A stretch of DNA of 64,000 bases, taken from the IMG/VR virus record IMGVR_UViG_3300013120_000738, positions 62,001 to 126,000 of that record; one strand, 5' to 3'. Made by a program: the position numbers and the translations under genes. Of the stretch, positions 8,280 through 18,067 are shown piece by piece (positions within the stretch are counted from its first letter, which is position 1; each line of letters begins with the position of its first letter). A model generated the notes under the pieces. That model did no database searches, was not told the origin of the DNA, and was given only the letters and a program-made list of their open reading frames with translations.

Positions 8280-10968
8280 GCTGCAACAACCTTATAATTA
8301 TCTCGCCGCGAGCAAGGGTAAAAGTACCTCTCTTCTCATCGTATTCAACGATCATCTGAACGCCACTACCAGGTACCAGATTGTTCTCATCCTGAATCCC
8401 AAGCTCTCTGGAAAATATCAGAACCAAAGCATTTTGGATACCATCGCTCACGAAAACTCTCGCATATGGTTTCTTATTGCGAGAAATCGAGAATTCTAGA
8501 TCGGTGATCACAACCTCAAGCTTCGGCTCTCCACCATTCTTAGCTACCAACTTTGCATCTTCTATCGTACAATTACCTTCTATAGCATACAGGTCTAGCG
8601 GGGAATGTAAGTAATAGCCAAGATATTTCTTCTCAAATTCTAGCACTTCCTGTAGTGTAAAATCCTCTTCATATAATGCCATCACCTTTTCTGACGAATC
8701 ATCAGGTTTTGGATTCCATTTTTCTAGTTTAGGAGGAATTTTCCTACGTTTCGGGTAGAGTTTCTTATATTCATCAATCTGCCTCTGCCTCTCCTCTTGG
8801 ACAGCTTCTTCTGTCCATCCTTCTTTATTCAGCAGTTTCTGCTTTATCTCACGTTTCAATTGCGTGATATCCTTGCCCGTACAATACTTATACCTATAGT
8901 ATTCCCATGTAGCCCTAGCATTTCTATAGCCCTCGAACCGTCTGAACGCCCCAAGCTTTATAAAGGCTTCCATTACGGTCTTTTTCTTGCCCTTTTCTGC
9001 AATAAATTCATCCAGTGTTGTAAACGTACTACGACCTTCCCACAATGGTGCGGTAGTATCACCTATTCCCTTAATACCGATCAGTCCTTGATTCACCACA
9101 TCGCCGGTAACGGTAAAATCGGCCGTAAGATTTTCTACGTTAGTCGTCTCGAATTTTACACCCCTAACTTTCTTCTTGGGAGGCTGTGTACCAGCGTATG
9201 TGGTAGATGTAGGTTTCCACCCTTCTGAACGTGCTACCCCCATATACCGAACTAGTTTGTCAGGATGACATTCACTCATTACAGAAGCCCACCACTCGGG
9301 TGCGAAATGAGCCTTCAACCAAAGACAGCGATGGGCTACAAGACAATAACTAACAGCATGACTACGATTGAACGCATACCGCCCAAACGTCTTCATCTTC
9401 TCCCACCACTCCCTAGCTTCAGCTTCCCCAAGCACCTTCGAGGCACCAATCACCCATTTCTTCTCTACCGGCTTAAGCTTATCTGCCCATTTCTTAGCGA
9501 CTGCTTTTCGGGCATCTTGAGCTTCTGGTGCTGTAAAATATGCGATCTTCTGCCAAATAGCTTGTAATTGTTCCTGATAAACTATAACACCATGAGTATC
9601 ATTCAAAACCTCCAATATATCAGGATGCAATTTCTTCCGCCATCTACCCCTAGAATCATCACGATTTGCTACTGCCTCTGGGATAGAAGCCATAGGACCA
9701 GGGTGACCCATAGCATTAAACAACATCAAATCCTCGAAATTCCGCACACCATTAGCTAATATACTCTTAGCAAGATCTGTGTCGAATTGAAAAACTCCAT
9801 CTGTCTTCATCTCATTTGCAAGGCGAAGCACATGTTTATCATTGAGGTCGATATAAACCTTTTTACCTTTCCTATCAAAGAAATATCCCGCCCTGTTCTT
9901 AGTTGGGTCTATATCATCCCAACCGTCCATACTCTTACCAAATGATATCCCTCTATTCTGCTCAATAAGCTGACAACAAGTATAAATATACTTGAGTGTC
10001 TTCAGTCCTAGCAAATCCCACTTCTGATATCCGAATTTAGATAACTGAGTATTGCGACCTTCCGTCCACATACTGATCCAATATCCCTTGTTGCTACTCT
10101 TAGCCATAGGGATATTGCCATATAATGGTCTATCAGTAATAATGAGTGCACCAGCATGCATGCCCATATTTCTGATTCGACCAACCAATCTCGTAGCAAG
10201 ACTAATAACCTTCGGATAACTCCTAGCAAATTCTCGTAACTTCTCATGCTCTTTCAGCAATTGACCAATGGTTGGATTTTCTGTATCGGTAGATCCACAA
10301 TTAGGACATTTTGTACCATCATGGGATGTTCTACATTCAACCTTCTCACCAGTCTTCTCATCTATAGTATGCCCTTTACAGACTGACTTGCCGCCGTCTT
10401 TTACATCATCGACATCTTCAGGCAAATTAGTTGTTAATTCATACGCTTCTGTCTTGTCGACAAGTCCTGTCGCATCACAGACATCGATTATAGCTGATTT
10501 GAATTTGTATGTTGTCCAGGTACCAACACTGCAGACAGAACCATAACCATCACTTACATCAGTACCATATTGTGATATAGCATATTCCTTAATAGGATCA
10601 CGTGCCTCAGGAAGACAATCCACATCTACATCAGGCATGTCTGGGTCTTTGCGAAGATCTGACGGAACAAAGCCATGTTCAGTCTTAAACTTCGCTACCT
10701 CAGCGGCCTTTACTGTATTAAGTATAGGCTCTTTTCGGCCTGCTAGAGGATCGTCAGAAACAAGACCTAACAACCAAAGGAAAAGTAGATTATTTCCATC
10801 CGATTGAAATCTCTTACCTTCATTATAATATTGGTTGAATTTAGCTATAGCACCTTGCTTCTCAACCTCAGTCAATTCAAATTTCAATCGTCGGCTATAT
10901 TCCTCTGGCAAGCCTACAACTTTCGAGGTAGCCAACTCCTTCATTTCTTCCCAAGTGATATCAGCCAT
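8263..10968 (-). CDS. dnaE: DNA polymerase III alpha (DnaE), C-terminal/catalytic half
   Basis: MPDVDVD, GMHAGA, KWDLLGLKTL, GVFQF, IVYQEQ, YAFNRSHAVSY, IKGIG (HhH), EKKYLGYY.HSPLD, C-terminal OB fold; no PHP domain. Confidence 0.95.
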   Translation of the reverse strand: MADITWEEMKELATSKVVGLPEEYSRRLKFELTEVEKQGAIAKFNQYYNEGKRFQSDGNNLLFLWLLGLVSDDPLAGRKEPILNTVKAAEVAKFKTEHGFVPSDLRKDPDMPDVDVDCLPEARDPIKEYAISQYGTDVSDGYGSVCSVGTWTTYKFKSAIIDVCDATGLVDKTEAYELTTNLPEDVDDVKDGGKSVCKGHTIDEKTGEKVECRTSHDGTKCPNCGSTDTENPTIGQLLKEHEKLREFARSYPKVISLATRLVGRIRNMGMHAGALIITDRPLYGNIPMAKSSNKGYWISMWTEGRNTQLSKFGYQKWDLLGLKTLKYIYTCCQLIEQNRGISFGKSMDGWDDIDPTKNRAGYFFDRKGKKVYIDLNDKHVLRLANEMKTDGVFQFDTDLAKSILANGVRNFEDLMLFNAMGHPGPMASIPEAVANRDDSRGRWRKKLHPDILEVLNDTHGVIVYQEQLQAIWQKIAYFTAPEAQDARKAVAKKWADKLKPVEKKWVIGASKVLGEAEAREWWEKMKTFGRYAFNRSHAVSYCLVAHRCLWLKAHFAPEWWASVMSECHPDKLVRYMGVARSEGWKPTSTTYAGTQPPKKKVRGVKFETTNVENLTADFTVTGDVVNQGLIGIKGIGDTTAPLWEGRSTFTTLDEFIAEKGKKKTVMEAFIKLGAFRRFEGYRNARATWEYYRYKYCTGKDITQLKREIKQKLLNKEGWTEEAVQEERQRQIDEYKKLYPKRRKIPPKLEKWNPKPDDSSEKVMALYEEDFTLQEVLEFEKKYLGYYLHSPLDLYAIEGNCTIEDAKLVAKNGGEPKLEVVITDLEFSISRNKKPYARVFVSDGIQNALVLIFSRELGIQDENNLVPGSGVQMIVEYDEKRGTFTLARGEIIIRLLQRGWDS

Positions 10969-11324
10969 GCTTGATACTCTTCCAATCTATCCGGATGGTG
11001 ACCTTTCACATGCAAAGTCCTGCCGGGAGTACTACGTAATTCCTTACCACAGAATGGGCATTCTAATTCATTGATTGGTTCTAATTCTGGCTCTTTTTCC
11101 ACTATCTCTGGCACTGAATCCCAATCCAAGACCCACGGCTCCTTGATAAGGTATTTGCCGTCTCTGGCTTCGGCGGGCGCATAATACAAATAATAACCAT
11201 TTTCTTTGGCTTTTCGAAGCAAGCTCTGATGTTCTTTTTTACTTTTTGGTAGATGAGATGATATTATTTTGCTTGGCGCTTTCACAAGCACAAATGCAGT
11301 TCTTTTATATGTGATATCTGACAT
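10941..11324 (-). CDS. C2H2 zinc-finger protein
   Basis: CPFCGKELRSTPGRTLHVKGHH. Confidence 0.75.
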   Translation of the reverse strand: MSDITYKRTAFVLVKAPSKIISSHLPKSKKEHQSLLRKAKENGYYLYYAPAEARDGKYLIKEPWVLDWDSVPEIVEKEPELEPINELECPFCGKELRSTPGRTLHVKGHHPDRLEEYQAWLISLGKK

Positions 11325-11330
11325 ACATTC

Positions 11331-11750
11331 TTAACACGGCAGATCATCAATAGTGCCACTATCATAGTTTTCTTGATCTTTCAACGCACGTTCTGCGGCT
11401 GACTTAGCAACTAACATATAATTATTTAATTCATCTATAATTTCAATAGATATATCCTTATAATAAGTATACCACCTTAAAGCTTTAGGACGAGAACTTA
11501 TCATAGCCTCTATCTCGGGATGGCATATATAAAGACATGCCGGAAGCCCTCTAAAACCTGGCAGAACTGCCGATAAACCCAATACCACACTACGAAACAT
11601 AGCTTCTTCTTCAGATGAACTACCAAGAGTATATCCATATATTCTATGGCGGTATCTTCCATCTCCAACGACCAACAAAACACCACAACTAGATGACCGT
11701 AGAGCATCAGAATCTTCTGTTATACTATAACAATATATATCAATTTTCAT
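11331..11750 (-). CDS. Degenerate RNase H-fold protein
   Basis: IDIY...GVLL...TLG.SS.EEA...V.LGL resembles the RNase HI N-terminus, but the catalytic acidic residues are not conserved. Confidence 0.5.
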   Translation of the reverse strand: MKIDIYCYSITEDSDALRSSSCGVLLVVGDGRYRHRIYGYTLGSSSEEEAMFRSVVLGLSAVLPGFRGLPACLYICHPEIEAMISSRPKALRWYTYYKDISIEIIDELNNYMLVAKSAAERALKDQENYDSGTIDDLPC

Positions 11751-12265
11751 AGAACATTACCAGCAGAATCTCGCAAATCAGGATACGTTGCCTTAGTAAA
11801 AGTACTAAGAGCTCTCAATGTATCTGCCATCCCTTTAAGAACAGCATTTTTGGCAGCTATTTTATCTGGTAATCCCCTACTCTTTCCCAGCATTACTAAT
11901 ATCTCGTCACCTTTTTGCCGGATATTCTCCGGAAATTCCAATCCCTGATTATTAGCTTTGGCTTTTCTCTCATCAACAGATCGCTGGATGAATAAGGCCA
12001 ATGCTTCTACAATGCTGAAAGCTAAACTACTTATCTCCGTTTCCAACTTTTCCAGTTCTTCCTTGGCCTTATCGGGCGTCATCGCCAATATTAAATATAA
12101 TTTATCTATAAAATCTATCGACTTCAATCCGTATATGCATAATTGATTGTTAGGGCCTTGATACATCATCAAGTGCAATTGCATTGAATGCTTCAATTCC
12201 TTCAATGCCTGGCTATTAGAATTTATATTAATTGTAAGTTCAGGAGTATCTCTTTTCTTGGCCAT
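11747..12265 (-). CDS. Hypothetical protein
   Basis: 172-aa ORF with ATGA coupling to the downstream gene. Confidence 0.7.
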   Translation of the reverse strand: MAKKRDTPELTININSNSQALKELKHSMQLHLMMYQGPNNQLCIYGLKSIDFIDKLYLILAMTPDKAKEELEKLETEISSLAFSIVEALALFIQRSVDERKAKANNQGLEFPENIRQKGDEILVMLGKSRGLPDKIAAKNAVLKGMADTLRALSTFTKATYPDLRDSAGNVL

Positions 12266-12313
12266 AGTTGAACTCTCTTACTGGTAGTTATTGACAAGAC
12301 TTATTATAAATAC

Positions 12314-13747
12314 TCATTCAACTATCTCTTTCGGTACTGATAAATCCAGCATATATCCACCACGACTAGAAGCTAAGAATCTATCGAACGATAATCCCCA
12401 TAGCATAGGATCAAGGACATGAATACCGATCAGGAAGCACACTAACGACCCACCAGCACTTCCTCTAGGACTAAATGGCCAGCCGTGTTGTTTCCCAAAT
12501 CTTATCAAATCGCGTGTAATTAAAAAGTAACTAGCAAAACCCTTATCGATAAATCTCTTTAGTTCTATACGAGCTTGATCTATATATGTCACTTCATTAC
12601 CATCAATGAAAAACTTCCGCTTATCCTTATCAAGTCCTCGTTTCTTCAACTCTATTGCTACAATTTCTTTTAGTTTTTTATTAGCATCAGGAATTTCTGG
12701 GATTTTCGGTGCTGTATCAACGGTAAATGGTTCGCATTTATCTGCTATTTGAAGCGTGTTATCACACATCGCCTCGAATATTCTATCATCTACCCCATCA
12801 CTGTACTTGCCATTTTTAAATGTAGCCCATAGCTCTGCTCTAGACTTCATAAATTGTTCATCACTATTCACATGGAATAGATCTGGAGAATCTATAGTTG
12901 TTCCCTGTTCGACAGCCATCATTACTTTCTGTAATATAAAATCTTCTCGACGAAGATAATGGCAATCGTTGGTCAAAGTAAGTGGCAGTCCGAGATGATC
13001 TGCGACAGCAACTAACGTTCTAAACGTCTTATAATCATCCGGAATCCCAGGCATTTGTGTTTCTATATAAAAATCCTCTCCAAAAACTTTACGGAACTTT
13101 CTTACCCAAGCTAATGCAGCGTCTGTACGTTGTTTCCCAGTCCTCTCGAATACAACCTCGTCTTCTTTATTCTTCAATTCTCTATATCGCAATTCATGAC
13201 ACACTGGACCATTAAGGCACCCAGACAGAACTATGAGTCCTTCCTTGAATTCACACAATTTATCAAACCATATACGATTATATTGGGTTTTGCCCATCCC
13301 GAACAAACCCGTATCGTAGGCTTGTGTCGTTAATTTTATTAGATTATCGAATCCTGTTTGGTTCTTACATAGGACTGTCAGGTGTCTGTTTCGGCCGATA
13401 CGATATGATAAATCAGGGTTGGCGTCTCGCCATTCTTTGGATCGTATCTTAAAGCCTCTAGCTACTAAGTCCTGTCGTTGTGGTTCAAAATCATTGAAGT
13501 ATATCTCACAACCTGGAATATACTTCAACCCGTGCTTTTTGAATGCGAGATACATGTCTGGCACTGAAGCCATATGACCATGCTCTGTAGCACTCATTGC
13601 GGGATAACCACGCTTTGCACATTGCTCAGCATATTGCTCTGGCGTGGCTACACCATCTAGCGCAGAAAAGACTGTATGATTATGAAGGTATACAAATTCA
13701 CTTGGGCCTTGATAATCTTTTGGATCGTATTCGTTCGACATTTTCAA
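12314..13747 (-). CDS. dnaE: DNA polymerase III alpha (DnaE), N-terminal half: PHP domain plus start of palm
   Basis: FVYLHNHT.FS.LDG, TEHG, GCEIY, HLTVL.KN..G..NL, LSGCL.G, TNDCHY, GFASYFL, RGSAGGSLV.FLIGI...DP, FDRFL; stops just before the PDID motif. Confidence 0.95.
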   Translation of the reverse strand: MKMSNEYDPKDYQGPSEFVYLHNHTVFSALDGVATPEQYAEQCAKRGYPAMSATEHGHMASVPDMYLAFKKHGLKYIPGCEIYFNDFEPQRQDLVARGFKIRSKEWRDANPDLSYRIGRNRHLTVLCKNQTGFDNLIKLTTQAYDTGLFGMGKTQYNRIWFDKLCEFKEGLIVLSGCLNGPVCHELRYRELKNKEDEVVFERTGKQRTDAALAWVRKFRKVFGEDFYIETQMPGIPDDYKTFRTLVAVADHLGLPLTLTNDCHYLRREDFILQKVMMAVEQGTTIDSPDLFHVNSDEQFMKSRAELWATFKNGKYSDGVDDRIFEAMCDNTLQIADKCEPFTVDTAPKIPEIPDANKKLKEIVAIELKKRGLDKDKRKFFIDGNEVTYIDQARIELKRFIDKGFASYFLITRDLIRFGKQHGWPFSPRGSAGGSLVCFLIGIHVLDPMLWGLSFDRFLASSRGGYMLDLSVPKEIVE

Positions 13748-14441
13748 GCATCTCTTTGGACACGATTGGCCTATCTTCTAATACTGACCGCACAACCTGT
13801 GTAACAAGGACATTATCCAGATCTTCAACATCAGGATATGATGGTGACGCTGGTGTTTTACCAAGTCGTTGCATAAACTTTTCGAACACAAACATAGCGT
13901 TCTGTTTATGATTAGTGCATACTTGCCAGCACCTACATAAATAATTGTATAATTGGTCCGCATCTAAACGATTAAGAAGCTTCTCAAAATTTTTACCTAT
14001 ATTACGCCCAAATGTAGTTTCTATCCTTGATGGATTAGCCACCTCTATAAAATATCGCGAACCATACTGATTCGAAAGTGAAGATTCAAAAATCGCCTTC
14101 CTAGTCCTTTTTACAGTCTCAATAACGATCGCCCTTACATCATCCGCTGTAAAGCCCTTCTTAATTCCTTCATCAAATGCAATAGCCAAATCGCACAACC
14201 CTTGATATGATATCCTTTGCTGGGTTTCTGCCTGTAACCAGCTATCAATATTGGCGACAGCCATTCTAGAGCATCTATTATTATACAGCCATCTTAGATG
14301 TTGATCTAGATAATATGTCTTATCATCTATAGAGAAGACTATTATGTCACCTGATACATATGTAATAGACAAAGGCAAGCTCATGATTCTGCTAAACGAA
14401 AAAAGGACTACCAGTGTAGTAATAACATGTGCTGGGTACAC
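13698..14441 (-). CDS. Hypothetical protein
   Basis: 247-aa ORF; true start probably downstream of the annotated one because it overlaps the divergent gene. Confidence 0.65.
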   Translation of the reverse strand: MYPAHVITTLVVLFSFSRIMSLPLSITYVSGDIIVFSIDDKTYYLDQHLRWLYNNRCSRMAVANIDSWLQAETQQRISYQGLCDLAIAFDEGIKKGFTADDVRAIVIETVKRTRKAIFESSLSNQYGSRYFIEVANPSRIETTFGRNIGKNFEKLLNRLDADQLYNYLCRCWQVCTNHKQNAMFVFEKFMQRLGKTPASPSYPDVEDLDNVLVTQVVRSVLEDRPIVSKEMLENVERIRSKRLSRPK

Positions 14442-15429
14442 ACATTATCTGAAACAAGCTATAGATAGCCTAAAACGACAAATCATTGGGCCAGACGAAA
14501 TAATAGTAGTATTTGATAACACTTCATTACCGCCACAACAAGACGGTATAAAATATCTACGGGTAAATTATGGAAGCCCATTTCTAAGCAGAAAAAGAGG
14601 TTTTGAAGAGGCACGATCTGAAGTTATTATTTTTCTAGACGCAGATGACTATCTTAGCGATGACTACATAGCCCAGGGATTATCTATAAAAACTGATAAT
14701 AATATAATTTATTCAGATATGCAATTATTCGGGGATTTGGATAAGTTAGTTGAATACCCTTCATTTATTCCATCTAAACGAATTTCACAAGTCAACTTTC
14801 TACATATTGGATGCTTAGTAAGTGCTGACACTATTCGACAAAGTAAAGCATTTTCTAGCCTTCCGCCCCCAACATGTCATGAAGATTGGGTGTTTTGGCG
14901 CAGGCTCGTCAGATATGGATACCAATACCAAAAACAAAGTGGGATCTACTACGCTAGACAACATGATAATAATAGATCTTGCGATATCGAATCCGGCCCA
15001 TATTATGAAGCAAAGGGGATAGCAGCTGACATCATCGCATTTATAAAGATTGATGGTGGACAACACGCAAGAGCTGTAATAGACCAATGGCCGGATAAGC
15101 AAAGACAATTGGTATGTAATGAGTATCAGGATTTTGTATGCGAGAGGATGATAATATATAATGGTAACCCAATAGAAGCAGTGAGAAGCCTAACAGCTGA
15201 TTATGTCTACTTCTATGATTCAAACTCCACTCACATAGATATCCAACAATTGCTGAGAGAATTCAATCATGACGTAGCCGCCGTTCATTGTCAAAAACAT
15301 GAATTTTGGCATGCTACTATGGCAGTGATAGATATTATTAAAGAAAGGCCAACTGGGGGTCCATTATGCTCAAAGAAGAACGAACAGATACTACTGCTAA
15401 AGACCACTTCTGTACCATCATCACTTTAA
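14344..15429 (+). CDS. Glycosyltransferase family 2
   Basis: SVVIT...YL.QAIDSL..Q....EIIVV.D, FLDADD, EDW.FW. Confidence 0.9.
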   Translation: MSPDTYVIDKGKLMILLNEKRTTSVVITCAGYTHYLKQAIDSLKRQIIGPDEIIVVFDNTSLPPQQDGIKYLRVNYGSPFLSRKRGFEEARSEVIIFLDADDYLSDDYIAQGLSIKTDNNIIYSDMQLFGDLDKLVEYPSFIPSKRISQVNFLHIGCLVSADTIRQSKAFSSLPPPTCHEDWVFWRRLVRYGYQYQKQSGIYYARQHDNNRSCDIESGPYYEAKGIAADIIAFIKIDGGQHARAVIDQWPDKQRQLVCNEYQDFVCERMIIYNGNPIEAVRSLTADYVYFYDSNSTHIDIQQLLREFNHDVAAVHCQKHEFWHATMAVIDIIKERPTGGPLCSKKNEQILLLKTTSVPSSL

Positions 15430-16316
15430 ATCATCTAGATAAAGCTCTTGCATTATTAAAATCACTGCAAAAGCATGGACAAGTAATATTACATATTCTG
15501 ATTATAAACAGCCATCAAACCACACTAAAAAGACTTGGTGACGTCAAAGAAATTTCCGACGTACGACTATATTCCCCAGAAATGCTCGAGGAAAGTACTG
15601 TCGGATTGTTAGCAAGACTAATATTTGGCAAGTATATGGGGCAAGACGATGAAATCCGGTGGGCACTCAAACCACTATTTGTTCAATTCTTAGTTGAACA
15701 CCATATACCAATATGCTATTGTGATTGTGATTTATTCTTCTACGACAGCTATAAATTCCTCGTAGAAAAATTGCGTCTAAAAGGCAGCACAAGAGGTAAA
15801 TCAATAGTAATCACTCCGCACTTCAGAGAAATAAGACGCATTAAGAATAATGAATATAGATTCAACTATAAACATGGTCTATACAATGCTGGATTTATAG
15901 GATTCGGCGATGAATGCCAAGAGATGTTGGAATGGTGGTCTGAAATGTGCGCCACAGAATGCACTAGAGAAGAGAGCGCGTGGACATATGTAGATCAGAA
16001 ATATCTAGATTTAGTACCAATCTATTTCGAAAATGTTGAAGTCCTAAAACATTATGGTTGCAATGTCGCCGGTTGGAATACATATTACTTGAAAAGGACC
16101 GTTGGTGAAGACGGAAAAGTCCTAGTAAACGGTCAAGAAATCGTCTTTATTCATTTCTCCCCAGCAACACTAACTGGCATCGAAGAAGGCCACGACCAAC
16201 TCCTATTTGATCATTACACAGAATACCAGAAGACATTACAAGAACTGAGAAAGATGCTACTAAGAGCACATCTCAGAAATTGTATTTCTGGCACAATCGA
16301 AGGTCAAGTCATATGA
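15366..16316 (+). CDS. GT-A fold glycosyltransferase
   Basis: FCTI, WALKP, YCDCD (DxD), G.YNAGF.GF, WW...C, DQKYLD, NVA.WN, FIHFS. Confidence 0.85.
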   Translation: MLKEERTDTTAKDHFCTIITLNHLDKALALLKSLQKHGQVILHILIINSHQTTLKRLGDVKEISDVRLYSPEMLEESTVGLLARLIFGKYMGQDDEIRWALKPLFVQFLVEHHIPICYCDCDLFFYDSYKFLVEKLRLKGSTRGKSIVITPHFREIRRIKNNEYRFNYKHGLYNAGFIGFGDECQEMLEWWSEMCATECTREESAWTYVDQKYLDLVPIYFENVEVLKHYGCNVAGWNTYYLKRTVGEDGKVLVNGQEIVFIHFSPATLTGIEEGHDQLLFDHYTEYQKTLQELRKMLLRAHLRNCISGTIEGQVI

Positions 16317-17383
16317 CAGAAAAACCAGACATCAACGTCTGTTATATGGGAACTACCCGATTCTTCTATAACCATATGACACAATTGATGCTGAGACTCA
16401 GTAAATGGTTAAAGAGCCATCAGCATATCGAATTAACTGATATACATAGAGCCGATATGATATGGGTAGCCACCAACGAATTTAGCCCAAAAATGCTTGA
16501 TATAGGGCTACCAATAATCTTAGAGGATAAACATCAATCACCAGAAATCCTGCAAGAAGTCAGAGAAGTTCTACCACATCCCAATATATTTTGTTTACTC
16601 AAACAAGCCGTCCCTCTCGATAGAGCAGTCTATAATAGAAGACTAACCTCATCAATCATCCATATGGATATTATTGCAAGAGCAATGGATCTAAAAGATG
16701 AGAAATATCAACAATATCCGGAAATGACACCTAAAATGTTCGATAAGATCCGTGTAGGATGGAACTATATCGGATGGGGCGATTTTGTGCCACAAACAAG
16801 ATACGAAGCACACAATCACCCAGAAGTAAGCCAAGTATACGCACATAAAATTAATAACCAAAGAAAAATCGATGTCAATTTTGTTTGTAATGTAGACTGT
16901 TTTGACCCACCGGCCCCAATATTACAAGCACATAGGATGGCAGCACTCGAAGCACTACAAGGACTGGAAGGGGTAAATGCTAAGATAATAAGAGCAAAAC
17001 ACCATAGCGAAGAATATACTAGAATTGATTGGACAGAGTATTATGATATATTATTTAATTCTAAAATAACAATCTCCCCATGGGGATGGGAACCAGTAAC
17101 TGTACGCGACATAGAAGCAGCCCTAGCCGGTAGTCTAATAATCAAACCAGATACTAGCTTCTTAAAAACATGGCCTGAATTCCCATACGTTTCCTGTAAG
17201 CCAGACTTCTCCGATCTAGTACCAACCATTCATAATATTCTCAAGAAATGGAAAGAGTATACAGAAACTCGTAGAAAAGCAAAATATGATACTGTAGCAG
17301 CGATAGACAATATAGGATATCGTATCGCGGAGCTAGTACGAGAATGTTATTACCAAGCAAACCAAGTATCACCTTTACCATAA
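16280..17383 (+). CDS. Glycosyltransferase (GT-B/Glyco_trans_1_2-like C-terminus)
   Basis: Y...L..SKI.ISPWG......RDIEA..AG.LIIKPD; likely start ATG at 16313. Confidence 0.75.
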   Translation: MYFWHNRRSSHMTEKPDINVCYMGTTRFFYNHMTQLMLRLSKWLKSHQHIELTDIHRADMIWVATNEFSPKMLDIGLPIILEDKHQSPEILQEVREVLPHPNIFCLLKQAVPLDRAVYNRRLTSSIIHMDIIARAMDLKDEKYQQYPEMTPKMFDKIRVGWNYIGWGDFVPQTRYEAHNHPEVSQVYAHKINNQRKIDVNFVCNVDCFDPPAPILQAHRMAALEALQGLEGVNAKIIRAKHHSEEYTRIDWTEYYDILFNSKITISPWGWEPVTVRDIEAALAGSLIIKPDTSFLKTWPEFPYVSCKPDFSDLVPTIHNILKKWKEYTETRRKAKYDTVAAIDNIGYRIAELVRECYYQANQVSPLP

Positions 17384-18024
17384 CAACCTGTAGAAGACTT
17401 CAATATTTTCTACAGACTATGGAATCATTCTATGATAAATGCGCTGACCACTTCCTAATAGACAGAATGATATGTAGTGACGATTCATCATCTGAGGAAG
17501 ACAAACAAGAAATGCAAGGGAGATTCCCTAAGATGGAATTTCTCTGGCACGATAATGTAGGTCATGCAGAATCAGTAAAAAGACTATTTGCGGTTGTGGA
17601 TACTGAATTCTTGCTACACTGGGAAGATGATTGGCTCACCGTCTACCAAATGAACTTAATAACATATTGTCTAGATATATTAGCCGATGGCTTTGATACT
17701 ATAGCACTAACACCATGGAGACACGGCAGAAAAAACCAAGTAGACGTATCAAGATGCAAAACAACTAGCGGTCATGAATATGATTATATAACATCAGAAT
17801 ACGATTACCAGAGAGGAAGTTGGCCTGGGTTTACACTAAATCCTGCATTACATCGCACTGCGTCAGTACATGCTACCGGCGAATATGGCGTATGCAAATT
17901 CCATGAATTCAATTTCTCTAAGAGATATCTAGAAGCTGGTTTTAAAACAGTAAATGCCCCAAGATACATGGTAAATCATATAGGTGAAGAATCGGCATAC
18001 GATCTAAACATTCCGGACCGATAA
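17344..18024 (+). CDS. Glycosyltransferase family 2-like
   Basis: TITTCRR, DDSS, HWEDDW, GFTLNP, HIG. Confidence 0.82.
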   Translation: MLLPSKPSITFTITTCRRLQYFLQTMESFYDKCADHFLIDRMICSDDSSSEEDKQEMQGRFPKMEFLWHDNVGHAESVKRLFAVVDTEFLLHWEDDWLTVYQMNLITYCLDILADGFDTIALTPWRHGRKNQVDVSRCKTTSGHEYDYITSEYDYQRGSWPGFTLNPALHRTASVHATGEYGVCKFHEFNFSKRYLEAGFKTVNAPRYMVNHIGEESAYDLNIPDR

Positions 18025-18067
18025 AACAAACCGCCTCATCTACAAAGATATCAGAGGGTCCAAATCC

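Noticed and set aside
10968-12314. Split intein or self-splicing intron between the dnaE halves
   Set aside because: No Cys/Ser-start or His-Asn-end intein blocks at either junction; the gap is filled by three coupled ORFs with no recognisable intron core.
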